Positions 13,961-28,009 of a DNA stretch of 64,000 bases are shown in pieces. Every line of letters starts with the position of its first letter. The stretch's first letter is position 1. Under the pieces are notes generated by a model. That model was not told the origin of the DNA and did not search any database. It saw nothing but the letters and a program-made list of their open reading frames with translations. Source of the stretch: Somniosus microcephalus (lineage: Eukaryota); contig CM126214.1 in NCBI GenBank assembly GCA_052327205.1, positions 174,778,001 to 174,842,000 on the forward strand. The letters are read 5' to 3'. The position numbers and the translations under genes were made by a program.

Positions 13961-15311
13961 ATGAGAGCAAGATCTCAAGTAGTAATCTGTGACCTGTTTA
14001 TATAGAGTGAGAAAGATCTCAAGAAGACCAGTGCAAAAAAAAAGTTTCACTCGTAGAAATTAATATCCTAAACCGAGAACGGCCCTCCGACCGAGATCTC
14101 ATTCAGAGAGTGAGGGAATTGAATGAGAACTACACCGACAGTGAGTCATCGTAGAGCGGAATACGATCCTGTACACTGTGGGATTAACAATGTAGACATT
14201 CTGCTTATTTTAACAGTAAGTTCATGCCAACCTTTTAGTTCAACTACAAATACATAGCTTCAACATTTACTATTAAACTGTAGCCATATGGTTTATATTA
14301 TTTCCATCGAGTATTTACACTTCCCGTGTTTTGATTCTTGACAGAAACTTTATCTAAAGTCGGTAACTTGCCATATTGACCAGACTCAACACACCAGATC
14401 AGTTATTTGTAACCGTTTTGTTAGAATAATAAAGAAACATTAAGTTGGCTTCAATAATAATATACAGAGACATTGTAAAAGTATAACAAATTAAAAATTT
14501 TAATATGACATATCACACTATAAAAACGTTTCTTTTCTATTTAAATCATAAACACAATTTCGAATATAACATCTGCCATCGTACAACAAATCAACTGGTA
14601 TTTATATTTCAAGAACTTTATATATAATAATTAAATATACATACACAATGATATACTACTACTGTTAAAAATCACATCAGTCAGCTCAGCGGCGATAACG
14701 GGACTGAACACAATTATATATAATTAAATATAAATGTGGCTTATCACAACTGCTGTTGATCCCGTCAGAATATGCATTAACTTTAGGGAAATGAATATTA
14801 CATTCTTATGTAAAATGGAGCTGCTAGAAAACAGAGCATTATCCATTCACAATTGAAATTGCCAGTCCTTTGTGTGATTGTTTGAGTCATTGAAGTCAGC
14901 AAAATGAGTTGAAACCTGTTATTTCGCAGTTATGATCTAAAATAAGTCCATTTCTAAAGATACACGCAGAATTTTCAACTTATGCAAACTAATGCTTGTA
15001 AGATAAATGACATCACATCTTTAAATGTACACCATGTGATCAGTTTATTAAAAGTATAATAGAATTATTCTTGTCTGCAATTACTACCGATCTTACACAT
15101 GCTTATTTATTCAATTTAGAATGGGGATGTATGTTTTTTTTAACTTTATTTCGGAATCTAGAAAACATTCCTAATATAATTTCCTTGTAGCTTTGTGTAC
15201 CGTGCTCTTGTGCGCGGGCATTGAAAACACATTCGTTTAACACACACTGTTAAACATAAATGCTGCGTTTTGCTTGTAATAACGAGCAACTCTAAGCACA
15301 GCAACATCCTC

Positions 15312-15350
15312 GCTCTCTCTTTCACACACACACTTACACACACACACACA
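15312..15350. repeat. (CT)n/(CA)n microsatellite
   Basis: Directly visible. Confidence 0.85.
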
Positions 15351-18314
15351 TACTGTTTCTGTCTCCTTTAATTAAGAAGCTATTTACATTATCAGTCGAA
15401 GACAAACAGTATAGGCTGACATTTTCTTTTCACTTGATTGCCCCTCCCTGCAAGCCTCCCCCTCACGTCACAAGTCAGCGAGCTCCACAAGGCATTGTTG
15501 CCCTGAAACGGAACAGACGCGGCTAATGCAATCATCGACCCGATCTAAATTATATTAAAATAATCCAGTAAAGGGGGATTTTACTGTTTGCTGTTTCGAT
15601 ATAATTGAATTTGCGTCTGCTGTCAGGAGCCAGTTATTATTAACCATGGGACAACAAACACCACAACCAATCGCCATACAATGCGTTCATTTTCTCCTCA
15701 TCTCTGATAATTATATCTCAACAGTGTTGTGGTGATATCCCAGTCTATTAATCACGATTCCCTCAGCGCATCAGCAGAAATAATTTGTTTCCAGCATTTT
15801 AAATGAATCAAATGCTAACGTTGTGACTAGATAAAATGAGATTTCCCCGTTTGTGTGCGGCCATTTCACTTAAAACTGAAGTTATGTAACATTTAACAGA
15901 TTGTAAAACAAATTAAGATTGGTTACTACGTCATTGCATTTCTGCAACTAACCTGAAATTGGCAAGTCCGGCGATGGGAAGGAGAAATTACAAGATGTGC
16001 CCCAAACTTACTGAAGCAAAATCGCGCTGCTGCTATCAGAGTCTGGCCAATAAGACACCTTCTGAGTAAAGTAAAATCACTCCACACGTACGTTTTAAGA
16101 TAACCTCTTGCACTGACTGAGGTGCATTTATCTACAATGGAAACTTTTTTTTAATGGGGAAAGGCGGAAAATGTAAAGAAAGGTCGATTAGATAGTTCTT
16201 GAAATTGCTAGGGGACATTTTATGGGTAGCACTGGGAATAAAAGGACATGGGGCGAAGAATGATTGTGTTGTTTCTGTGCCGATTATAACAGTCTCTGAA
16301 ATGAGTAATCCTTATTGGGGAGCACTGGGCAGGTCAAGGAATGGCACTTGATCGGTGCATCTCAACGTTTTAAAAAGACGTGTATGAAACATTTTTTAAT
16401 AACCCAATGGTCCTTTTAGGTCAATGGGATACTGCTTATTAAATCGTTTACAGATTATCCTGCTTATCTGCAATAAGCTATTAATGCCGGAGTGTTCTAT
16501 CAATTATTACATTACAAAACATACAAGGTACCCGGTACTGAGTTAAATGACTTGGTTCAAGCTATTTCCCGGGTCGGGGATGATGAAGGAAGAAAAACAG
16601 CAACAGCTCAGGCTGACCCAAGGGCAGCACAGTTATTTTAAATTTGCTTGAAGTCATGTTCGCTGCTTGAAAATTAGTCTCGGTGAAGAATATCACAAAT
16701 ACATATGTGTTATGAGTAGATATTAAATACATTGATCGCAATCGAATTCCTTACAAAGATTTTGGAAACTGTCAGGTTTGTTAGACAAAATTAGACATTG
16801 TACTAAAAATTAAAGGGGGAAATGAGCAATAGCAAACGAAGTCAAAGTAACAGCCTTTACTTTCTGGTCTAAATTTACAATTCATGCGCTATAATTATTC
16901 CACAGAGGTGACATAAGTGACAATTCTCCTTTTATTTTGGCAGAATCTAAGGCAATGTTTTCAACCTGTTCTTGCTAGTCTAGAAACACAAGGTCCTAGA
17001 GAAACCTGCGCTGATTTTCAAATTGGTAATGTGCTCACTCAGATATTTGTTTTAATCCCGTGGTCAGTGCGGATAAATCATTCCAACACAATCTTGATAA
17101 CTGCATGAGAAGCAATGATACGCTTCTCTTTTTTTCTAAGGTCAGAAACTTGGAACGCACTATAGGTTCAAGAGATAATTAAACCGATTGGAAACGCTTA
17201 CTGTAAGAACATAAGAACATATAAATAGGAGCAGGAGTAGGCCATTTGGCCCGTATGTCAATTGTATGGTCCTACATAGCGCCTTTAAAACCAAATACTG
17301 AAATATTACAAATGATATATACTATCGGTATGACTTTTGTCATATTTGTTTTAAATATATATAATAAAGTCACATCGGGAGTTGTATGCTGTATGTTTAG
17401 ATACATACATATATATACACAGCTTTTTTTGAAAATTATGCACGCTATTTTATAATGTACTCTATGCAAAATGAACGAAAACTCTCACTTCGCTAAAGCA
17501 GAGCGCTCTAAATAGGCGAACTGACTGAGTTTTTAAACATAAACTCGGTGGACTATTAAATGCGTCCATTCTGTAATTAGCATTTACAGAGAATGCTTGA
17601 CTAAGTCGCCGTCTCTGCAAGCACACACTTTCTCTGTTTGTTTAATCTAAGATTGAATTAAACGGCCCCAAAATCAAATCTGCAGTTAACTGGGGAGGGG
17701 GGGGGGGGGGATTTAAATTTGAGGAGTTTTAAACAAGTCTGTTTATAGTAATTTCAGACACGTGTCAATAGATTGCGGATGGACTGTCCAGTTTGTCATG
17801 TTCTGCTAAAAGGACACCCTATACTGAAATGCATTGGAGTGCTTGAGAAAATGCAATAGTGCAGAACCATCCATAAATATAATACCGATCCCTCATAAGC
17901 AGACTTTGAAGCTGCAGCTAGCATTTTGATCCACATTTGTTGCTTTTATTAATGTTAAACCTACAGACCTCGTTTCACAATCATTGACCTTGTAAAACTG
18001 CCATTGTCCTGATATGTTTTTTTTCCTCCTTTGGACAAACGTTTAAACTGATTTCTACAGGCCGTGTCGTAAGCCTACTGGCAGGGAGCGAGCAGGAGGG
18101 ATTCTGAAACATCTCGTTTCAGGAACCCATTCTATTTCATTTTAATTTTTACTGTTTATTTTCCATTTTCCACTGCAGAAAGGGTGAGAAAACGCATGGC
18201 TAATCGGGGTTACCTGCTTTCACATTGTTAACACTCCTCAAATTGGATTATGAAGGCCGACAAATGGGCTCCCTGTCTCTTTAAGAATACAATGTCCTGC
18301 TATGTAAATACTGT

Positions 18315-18440
18315 GGAGGAGGAGTGGGAGGAGGGCCCGCGTCACGTGGGCTCAGGGCTACAATTAGCTCAGTGAATTGGCAGCGTTAAAGCGGAGAAAA
18401 ACACAGGCAGCTTTCTGAAACAAGTCACCAATCAAGATAG
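18315..18440 (+). promoter_or_regulatory. Candidate GATA5 proximal promoter (GA/GC box, USF-type E-box, CCAAT)
   Basis: GGGAGGAGGG 18326-18335, GTCACGTGG (CACGTG 18343-18348), CCAAT 18428-18432, AGATAG 18435. Confidence 0.6.
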
Positions 18441-18626
18441 GAGACAGGTCAGTCCGTATCAGAAACCACCCGGAGCAACAGTTCCTTCACCGAGCACATC
18501 GCACTGACAAATTGCAATCTCCTCCGTGCAATCCTTCTGGATACTTGTGTTTTTTTAAAAAAAAGTTATTCCTAAATATTTTATTTTCACCTCTCCTCCC
18601 TGCGGCGGATCGCTCCGGATTCGATC
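18400..18626 (+). other. GATA5: Probable non-coding exon 1 of GATA5 (start approximate)
   Basis: Consensus donor GTAAGT at 18627 downstream of promoter-like motifs. GATA4/5/6 genes have non-coding first exons. The TSS cannot be fixed from sequence. Confidence 0.55.
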
Positions 18627-19509
18627 GTAAGTAATTTTGCACAAAGTGCTTCTCAGGCCAATGAATCCGTCGGCTGTAGTTCTCCCCCCCCCCCCCCCCC
18701 CCCACCCCGGTCCTTATCTGTCAGGTTACCTTATCTCGCAGATAGAAGATACATGTAAAGCCTTAACTAAAACGCTATTATTGGGGCAGCGCAGTTATCG
18801 ATATTGTTTTGTGATTTGTGTGATCATAGATAATAAAAACTAAATTCCAAGCTAGAAAGTTTTATTGGGCGCCTTCTGTTCAAGACACAGGCGTCTTTGA
18901 CACGCCTTGGATATATATATTCCTTTAATTTTCCGCCTCACTCACGTACACATTCAGCTGGGAGTGAACTGTACGAGTTAGCCGAGTGAGATTCAGATAC
19001 TTGGGGTGTCTGTGCGATTTATCCCGAGGAATATTGCAGGCCGGGACATCAACTTACCTGTATCTTGTGTTTTTTTTGGCGGTATAATGAAATTGCAAAC
19101 TGTATCATGCTGCGTCTGTCTAGAAATTCATTTTAATCAAAACAGGATTGGGAACATTTTCTTCATGCTCGGAATCATTGAACTGTTTTTGATATGGAAT
19201 CGCCCGGCGAAAACATGTCTGTTTTAGAAAGGTACAATCTGCAACTCCGCACGTCAATTACATGTCCATTTCTCCGCTCGAGTCTTTAAATTGCTGGGGT
19301 TTTTTTAAATCAGATTTTATTGCTCCAAATTTAAAATGTTGGAATAAAGTGAAATGGCTGCATAAAAGGCTTTACAGAGTTGAGCGGAAGTTGTCACTTA
19401 GACCAGACCAGGTACTTCACTTTTCTGGATTCCATCAAACTGAATGTGAGCATTGCGTCGGAGATTATCTGTTGGATTATGTGTAACTCGAATCTATTAT
19501 TTGTTTCAG

Positions 19510-19709
19510 GTGAATTTCTTACTTAAAAAAAGAACGCGGATAGACGTGAATTAAAGGTTATCTTCCCTCGCCCTCGTTGTGATCGAATCGCCTTGTTTAT
19601 GAAATCAGCAATGAACTGATATCAAACCGAATTTGCGCATATTCCGAACTCAAAAACGTTCTGTGTGCATTTGTTTCTCAACGCATCGGGGCATCACGTC
19701 GACTAGAAA
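19510..19709 (+). other. GATA5: 5'UTR part of GATA5 exon 2
   Basis: Strong acceptor ttgtttcag|G at 19509/19510, 200 nt upstream of the ATG. Confidence 0.7.
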
Positions 19710-20238
19710 ATGTACCAAAGTCTAGCACTAGCAGCAAACCATGGACAAGCAAGCTATCCCCACGACGCTTCCGGTAACTTCATGCATTCTTCAACGGGCT
19801 CACCTGTGTATGTGCCCACAACTAGGGTCCCCTCCATGCTGCCCAGCATACCGTACCTACAAAACTGTGAATCGGCCCATCAGAGTCATCACCTGAGCAA
19901 TCACACAGGCTGGCCGCAACCAGGTACCGAAAGCTCCGGATTCAACCCCAGCAGCCCTCACCCTTCAACCACCTTCTCTTATTCTCACAGCCCTCCCATG
20001 AGCCACGGTGCTGGGAGGGATGCGGCTTATAGCAACCCTTTAGTCATCAGCGCTAGTGGCAGGGAACAATACGGCAATGCCCTGGTCAGGTCGGTCAATG
20101 GATCCTACTCCAGCCCATATCCTACCTATGTCGGCCCAGAGATGACTTCAGGCTGGCCACCTGGACCCTTCGAGAGCAGCATGATTCACAGTCTACAGGC
20201 CAGACAAGTCTCCATGTCTGGGAGGAGGTCCAGTCTGG
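19710..20238 (+). CDS. GATA5: GATA5 coding exon 1 (gene exon 2), N-terminal activation domain
   Basis: Translates MYQSLALAANHGQASY...SPVYVPTTRVPSMLPSIPYLQ, the GATA4/5/6 N-terminal motif. Donor G|GTAGGT at 20239, phase 1. Confidence 0.95.
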
Positions 20239-23200
20239 GTAGGTAACTGAAATCTATTTTCAAATGTGCCAAAAAGCAGGGAAACTGCTAAATAATCAAT
20301 AATGTTGCTTAATACCAATACATAAGTAATTAAAGTATTGAGCGGAAGAGCAACAGGTTACCTTATAAACCATCCCCTCTCCTCCAAGACGATTAACACT
20401 TGGGAGTAATATTTATCTGGTTACACCAAAAACGGGGTATTTCCATCTGCCTAAGCCAGGTTAGAACTTGGTTTTGAATCGCTGACAGTCCACGTGTGAT
20501 CAGAATTAGTGTCTCGGTCGAAGGGTATGATGATTATGACAAATATGGACAGCAGTGGAGGGCTGAGGCAATAAGGATGACCTCGGGGGCAACAGTGTAC
20601 CTAATGGCTTGAAATTACAGTCAGTATTTGATTTATCATACCCTTGGACTGTCATTTGTTTTAAAAATGGGCCACCTTTTCACCCGTTTTCGGCAGAAAT
20701 AGCCCGGGTTTTGTGATGACGATGAGCAATAGCTTCCACTCCGTATCATTCATCCGAAACTATTGTCCACTGACATCTGGTAATAGTGAAACTATTTCTA
20801 ACTTATGGCTTCAGTTCAGATAATCAGTTAAGGATGTCTTTCAAAGAATGTTCCATGTTCTATCCATTTGTCTTATCTAATCTGTTTCGTGCATATAGCT
20901 AGCGAAACTTAAGTTAAAAGATTCTCATTGAAATTAACAATGTCGTCACTAAAACCGGTCTATGCCTATATTCATTAGACTCTGTTAAGGGATAGGAAAT
21001 TTAAAAAAAATCAAGTTTATTATTTATTAATCCTCATTGTATTAATTGGATCATTTCGGTTACTTTTTTTTGCTCAAATATAATTGTACCGTTTTGACAA
21101 CTCGAATTGCATAGAGGTGTCGCAAGTGTAACCTGTATTCTACAATCGGCCAAACCATGCAAGTTAAGTCACCGCATTAACATTCATGTTATAAGTATGC
21201 AAATTACAAATAACTGTGAATCTCTGTCAAGCCTTGAAAGAAAATGTTTATTTTTGACAAAATGGGATTCACCCAACCAGACATTAACTGCAAACCTTTA
21301 AATTCTATTGGATGTTAAGGCATTACAGAGAATAATTTCGACCGTCTGTCGCCTCAATGATACTTTCAGTTTCTATATATTTCACTTTGATCTTTCTGCA
21401 ATGTATGGTTTCTCCCATTCCTTTCCACACCTAATGTATTGGTATATCTGTTTGACTGCACTGTTTCTGCGCGTGGCTTCTGTATATTCCAAGTAAGGGA
21501 CTAACCTGCCTTTGCTTCTTGCCAGGGGAGAAAGGTGTATGTTTGTGTTTCTAGCATTTGGCCAGTCCCCGGGGAAAATTGAGCTCCAGTTTAACTTTGT
21601 AGCAGTTAACTCAACTAAAAGCCCTTTTAGGCCTTTTATGTTTTCTAATTGAGCATTTGTTTAGCGCTTGTAATACATTTCATGGATATGAGGTAATCAA
21701 GACATTGCAAGAACAAGTGGGAAAGATCAAATCTACTTTATTCCTAGATTCCGCATTAGCAGCAAATAGAAACGTGCATGTTTCATTTCATGTACCTTTT
21801 GACTCAGCTAGATATTCCTATCTGTGCGGCATATTGAACTAAGCCTACAGCATCTGTCTAAAATATAGAGTTAATATTTAGGGATAACATGTTGAAATTA
21901 TCTTTCTGGAGTTGTGTTTACAACAAGAGGGTTTAAAATTCACTTTTATATACGGTGCATTGAAAGGAATAAAGGTTATAAGTTCGATCTGGAGACGTCC
22001 CTGTCATCGGCATATTAAAAATAATAATGCCTCATTTTATTCGGCGTTTTGCAATCCAGTTCGGAGCCTAAAGGGAGTTCTGAAGCAATAAAAATACCAA
22101 GGACAGTCAATTTGATTGGCTGGTATCATGCCTGTTTTACTCAAGTGTCTTTATCTCAACAGATATTCAGTCTAGAAAATGTAAGGCTGTAATTCATGTC
22201 ATTGTCTGATAGCATTGAACAATGGCGATTCGCTGGATCTGGACTCCTGGGTCAGTTTCTAACACTAAACAGTTTTGAGGATGTTTAAAGTAACATTCGC
22301 AATTTATGGTTTGTAAGCCTATTAAGCACTTTACTGGATCACATTAGCTCAGTGCAGACTCTTTAAAAAGTCTAGAAGTGCTCTGGCCCCATCTCCAAAA
22401 CAATCTACAAATACAGCCCCTTATTTACCACAGATGAAGAGAGAGACAGTGAAACTTGATCAACCATTCCAAGTATCAAACACACTTCATTACCTGCTAA
22501 TACTGAACGTCAACTTTAAAGCGTCATAGATCAGAATTAATGGAAGGGTTTGCACAGAGATTTTTTTTATTTTAACAGCCCATGGAAAAAAATGCACCAA
22601 AGATATACACACAATTAATATCTTTAAGTTATTCGATATTCAATTAATTAAATGATAAATGGGCACTGTGATAAGATTTCTCTATCAGGAGTTTTATATT
22701 AAGTGCAGTGGCTCAGATCTTATCCTTCAGACAGAGAGACAACGTTCACAGTCTCGATTTTTTTGTTCTAAATTTATTAATATGAATATTGCGTTCTACT
22801 GATTCAGAACATAGATTTACATTTCTAAATATATTTTCACATTCTTTTCGGTCTGCCCGCAGACTTTTAAAGATTCCCCTCCTAGCAATGTCCTGACTCC
22901 CAACACACACCCAAAGCTATTATTTTAAATACAAATTGGGTTCTCAACACTTGCCGCCAGCACCAATCTTATCAAGATTTTAAATTTGCTGCCCGCGGGA
23001 AAATGTTTTTCAATTGTCGAAAACATAAATATGCTGATATCATTTGGATCAGAGGACTTTGTATAACTCATAGTAAAACCATAGTAAGCAGTCAATTTCC
23101 CGTGAAATTCCTCTGGTAATCAATTTGATGCAAACTTTGCTTTCTGTAGAAGCAGCACTTAATCGGGAGTATAGGAGAATGGGAGATCAATTATTGAATC

Positions 23201-25005
23201 TGCTCCGTTTGAATAGATCCATAAACCGTTTTCTCTCTCTTTAAAAAAAAATTGCACAGCAACCGAGTGGGGGAAAGTATAAAAAGTTTTCTTTCTCTCT
23301 CCTTTATTATATATTTTTTATATATATATATAAGGGGTCTTGTTTACTGCACGTTTTGACATCGGCGGGAATAAATCCAGAATGTTGACCTGTTTTCCGT
23401 CTAAAGGCTGTCATTTGTCACCGAGTGCAATAGGTGTGATTGATAAATCGAGCAGTGGATCACAGAGCGTTCTGTAACACAAATGAGCATTCCATCAGTC
23501 TTGTGAGCCAGTCTCCCTGCCGCCACCAGTCAACATCCAAAAACACTTTGATGAAAAACGGGAAAGTTTGGCAAGGCATTATGATTTCTATCACCAACCC
23601 TCTTCCAAAAAAAAGCCTACAGTATAATCGTTTTTTCCTCTCCTTAGAAATTATTTGTGCCTTCTATTAAACCCTATTTTACAGTGTCTATGTAACAACG
23701 ACCTCCCATAACATTTGGATGCCATTTTTTTTTATCACAAGAAAATTTATCGTTTCCAGAATTGTTCCCTGCCACCAAAGTAACCACTAACTTGGATTGT
23801 CAGACATGTTTCAACCACACAACATACACATATATTTACAGTGTTAACATCAGATGTCTATCTTGGTCACAGTGTTGCATAGTTTCTCAATTTAAAAAAA
23901 AAAGTTTTCAAGGACGTTTCACCGTTTATTTGGAAAACATGCTGAAACGTATATTTCAGAGATGATTATCGTTATTACTGCTCATTGGAAGGGAAAGTCC
24001 AGACTGTTGTCTGAGATTCTGTGTGCCAAACCTTCGTCTTATTTCACAGGCAGGCAGTAAAAGCAAAGACTTATTCCTTCTCCTGCCATGTTCAGATCTC
24101 CTGTTTCCTCGTTTTATTCTAGAAACTTGTAATGTGCATCCTCTTACACAAACAAGCTTGTTCGTCTGTACAATGCCTGGAAAATAGCGCGATAGAGGCA
24201 CACGGGTACTCGAATTCGCTTTAGAATTAATAGGCTTGAATGGTAAAATTTGCCAATGGCCACTCTCTACCCCCGCCTTTCCCCACACTCCCTGATACAA
24301 CAGCGAATCCCCCTTATTGAGTCTTTATCGATTGAAATGTTGAACGAGTTGGAAAAAAACCCTATCTCGAATGCAACGGATAGCTCATTGAGTATAACAA
24401 AATATTTTATTTTTAATCTCATTTTTTTCAAATGACAGAAGGCAACTTTGGTGAAGGAATAAATGTAAAGATGTCCCGCGGGTAAATAAATATTAAAAAT
24501 GTTCACCAGAAATCATGGTGTAATCCGGGATAAGTATGTCAGGAATTTGCAGCGTTTGTTCTGACTGGTGCACAGAATGGATATGAAACGCGAGAGAGAA
24601 TCGTCTTTAATAGTATTTTTTTAGTGGGGTTAGAAATGAAACATCTCGACGCCTTTGCGAGTGGAACCGATGACGTGTAGCTGTTGGTAGAACATCCAAT
24701 AATAACCCAAGAATCGAAGTTAGGGTTCACATCTAAATGAAACAATTTTCCTTTTAATAATAGAGAATTGTGCTCAGTTTAAACTAATATGTTTCTCAAC
24801 CATGAAGTGAACGTAAGATAACATACTCCAGGACCGAGCAGGGCAATAAATAATATAATTTATTAGACGTGGAGCCATTTTTATTTTATTTCTTTAGAAC
24901 ACTTATTTAACAGGATGCATTTTTCTGACAGTCACAACTCTCTTGTATTATGCAAACCAGATGTCACTGATGTCTTCCTTTCCCCCCCTTTTTAAAAAAA
25001 AATAG

Positions 25006-25172
25006 AAATGTTGGAAGATTTCCCCGAGGGCCGCGAGTGTGTGAATTGTGGATCTATGTCTACTCCGCTCTGGAGACGGGATGGGACGGGCCATTATCTC
25101 TGCAACGCCTGCGGGTTGTATCACAAGATGAACGGGATGAACCGACCGCTCATTAAACCACAAAGGAGATTG
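25006..25172 (+). CDS. GATA5: GATA5 exon, N-terminal zinc finger
   Basis: Acceptor TAG 25003-25005. G+AA gives E, then [55 protein letters not shown]. Donor GTAAGC at 25173. Confidence 0.97.
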
Positions 25173-26272
25173 GTAAGCAGCCTGGTGGATCCGGGCTCAT
25201 CAAGAAATGTTCTGGCAGTGCCGAACCTCTCCCAAGCGCCACCCCTTTATCTCTCAAAAAACCCACTGTTTTTGTGAAGTTGAAGACCAGGCGCCCCCTT
25301 TCCACGCCGCCTCTTCTTCTCCACCCATATAAGGCCAAACTCCAGCAAAAATAAAAGCGCTTTGTTCCCGTTTGAATTTCCGTGATTATTTCAACGGATC
25401 ATCTTTCTGTTTTAAAAAAAAAGTGTGACTTCGCCCCTCCTTTTTACTGCAGTAATTTATTTACTGGTGGTCTGGATTGTAAATCAGAATAGAGATCAGA
25501 GCTTCATTGATTTTGGATGTGGAATCTGACAAGAAATTGACAACTGATGGTTGGGGTGGGGGTACTGACTAAACCTTCCATATTGTAACCAAATGCAGCA
25601 CAGCTTTATCTATTTCTCTTCTAGATTAAATGCAATTTACGTTGCACACTCCAATGCTTCAAAAATGTATTTAACTTTCTGTCCTTAATCACCATTCGGC
25701 GTAGAATGGTCTGCAAAACACACTCATAATTTTTATGTCTTAAATAACACTACATCACAATGTTGGGGGTCAACAACTTCCTTGACAAGGTCAGAGTTGT
25801 GAAGAGGCGCCCTTCAGAGGCCCATTCCCCATTCTGAATAAACTACTTAGGCCTTGACGATATAAATTATTTTAGCCTTGTGCCTTTCAATAAGCAAGAG
25901 GGGAACCTTGATCCTTTATCTCAGTGCGAAAACAACACGCACACTTGTGACTGGGCTCATTTCTTTGGCAAAACCTATTTTAGCCGGCGTTGTATATTCT
26001 AATAGTTGATACCATGCAAGTTCAAATTTAGCACTTCTACAAACTGGCCGGTTCCTTTCTCGAAATTGAACATACGGCAATGACACAATGAGAGAAATAA
26101 AGAGCGAGTGAAACACTTTAATACATTATAATAAAATCATTAGATATGTATGTATCCGTGTATAGATATATAGTTATATATACAGTAACACTAAATGCTA
26201 TTGACAGCCGGGGAGGAATCATGAATATGAAATGTTAAATTGCAGCCATAAAAAAGCATGTTGCCACTTGTT

Positions 26273-26904
26273 AAACATAGAAGCTAGGAGCAGGAGTAGG
26301 CCATTCAGCCCCTCGAGCCTGCTCCGCCATTTAATGAGATCATGGCTGATCATCAAAATTCAGTACCCTGTCCCTGCTTTCTCCCCATATCCCTTGATCC
26401 CTTTAGCCTTAAGAAATATATCTAACTCCTTCTTGAATATATTTAATGAATTGGCCTCAACTGCCTTCTGTGGTAGAGAATTCCACAGGTTCACCACTCT
26501 CTGGGTGAAGAAATTCCTCCTCATCTCAGTCCTAAATGGCTTACCCCTTATCCTTAGACTGTGACCCCTGGTTCTGGACTCCCCGACCATCGGGAACATC
26601 CTTCCTGCATCTAGTCTGTCTAGTCCTGTTAGAATTTTATAAGTCTCAAAGAGATCCCCTCTCATTCTTCTAAACTCTAGCGAATATAAGCCTAATCGAC
26701 CCAATCTCTCTTCATATGTCATTCCTGCCATCCCAGTTATCAGTCTGGTGAATCTTCGCTGCACTCCCTCCATGGCAAGAACATCCTTCCTCAGTTAAGG
26801 CGACCAAAACTGCACACAATACTCAAGGTGTGGTCTCACCAAGGCCCTGTACAACTGCAGCAAGACATCCTTGCTCCTGTACTCGAATCCTCTCGCTATG
26901 AAGG
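26273..26904 (-). mobile_element. CR1-type LINE 3' end in a GATA5 intron
   Basis: ORF 26360-26773 MEGVQRRFTRLI...LYSLEFRRMRGDL...FFTQRVVNLWNSLP is the CR1 ORF2 C-terminus, followed by the tail. Confidence 0.92.
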
Positions 26905-26969
26905 AGGTTGCAGCGGTGCTATACTGTTAAGAAATATAATAACTGCATAGCTCATCATAATAAATATAG

Positions 26970-27185
<216 letters not shown>

Positions 27186-28009
27186 TAATAGACCCGATGA
27201 GACAACATGCTGTGAACTGATTAAAGGCAAAAATATAAACATTACACCAGTGTTAGTATCACTTCTATATCACCACCAGTCTTAAAAGTTCTTTAATGCA
27301 CTATTATTTTAAATAGGAGAAACTAAAACTTGTTAAATAGAAACTGTAATGTCCAGCAAACCATTCTCTCTTCTCCACTCAATCACAAGTGAGAGAAAAA
27401 TCAGAGTCCATGTTTTTCGGACTACTTCCAATTACAAATCATAGGCTGGCCGCACCCTGTGCTGCTTTTATTCCAGTGTTGAAGTGATCCCTCAGAACAG
27501 TAGTTAATAGGTAAATGATATTAGATAAAACTCAAGTGAATCCCAGACTCCACACCTGCCTCTGAGTTCATTATTTCATTTGGTTATGTGGCTATTTAAT
27601 AAATGAACTTTGTTCTGTAGCTTTCGGTGAGGTCACCCAGCTTTCAGTCACTAAGTTATCTGGAAGTTGTTCATCAGTAGTCATAAGCAAAGTTGTCGAC
27701 ATTGGGGAAATGATAGGAATGACGTTTACAATCAACAAGTGTAAACCAGTTTGCAAACAAATTTCAATACGTGGAGTTATGTTAACCTCTGGGGTGACGT
27801 ACTTAAAAATTGGTCATATTTCCAAAAGAGTGATTGTTAATTCTACTTGGCAGGTTCTCATAAATTCAGTTTGGATTAACTTTTTTTAAAATAAATTTAG
27901 ATTTAAATCACAGCAAAGATTTGAACTATAAATTTCAGGAAGGCATTATGCCCTGTCCCACATTACAGACTGATTCATACGGTATGTGTCCATGACATAG
28001 CTGCAAAAG

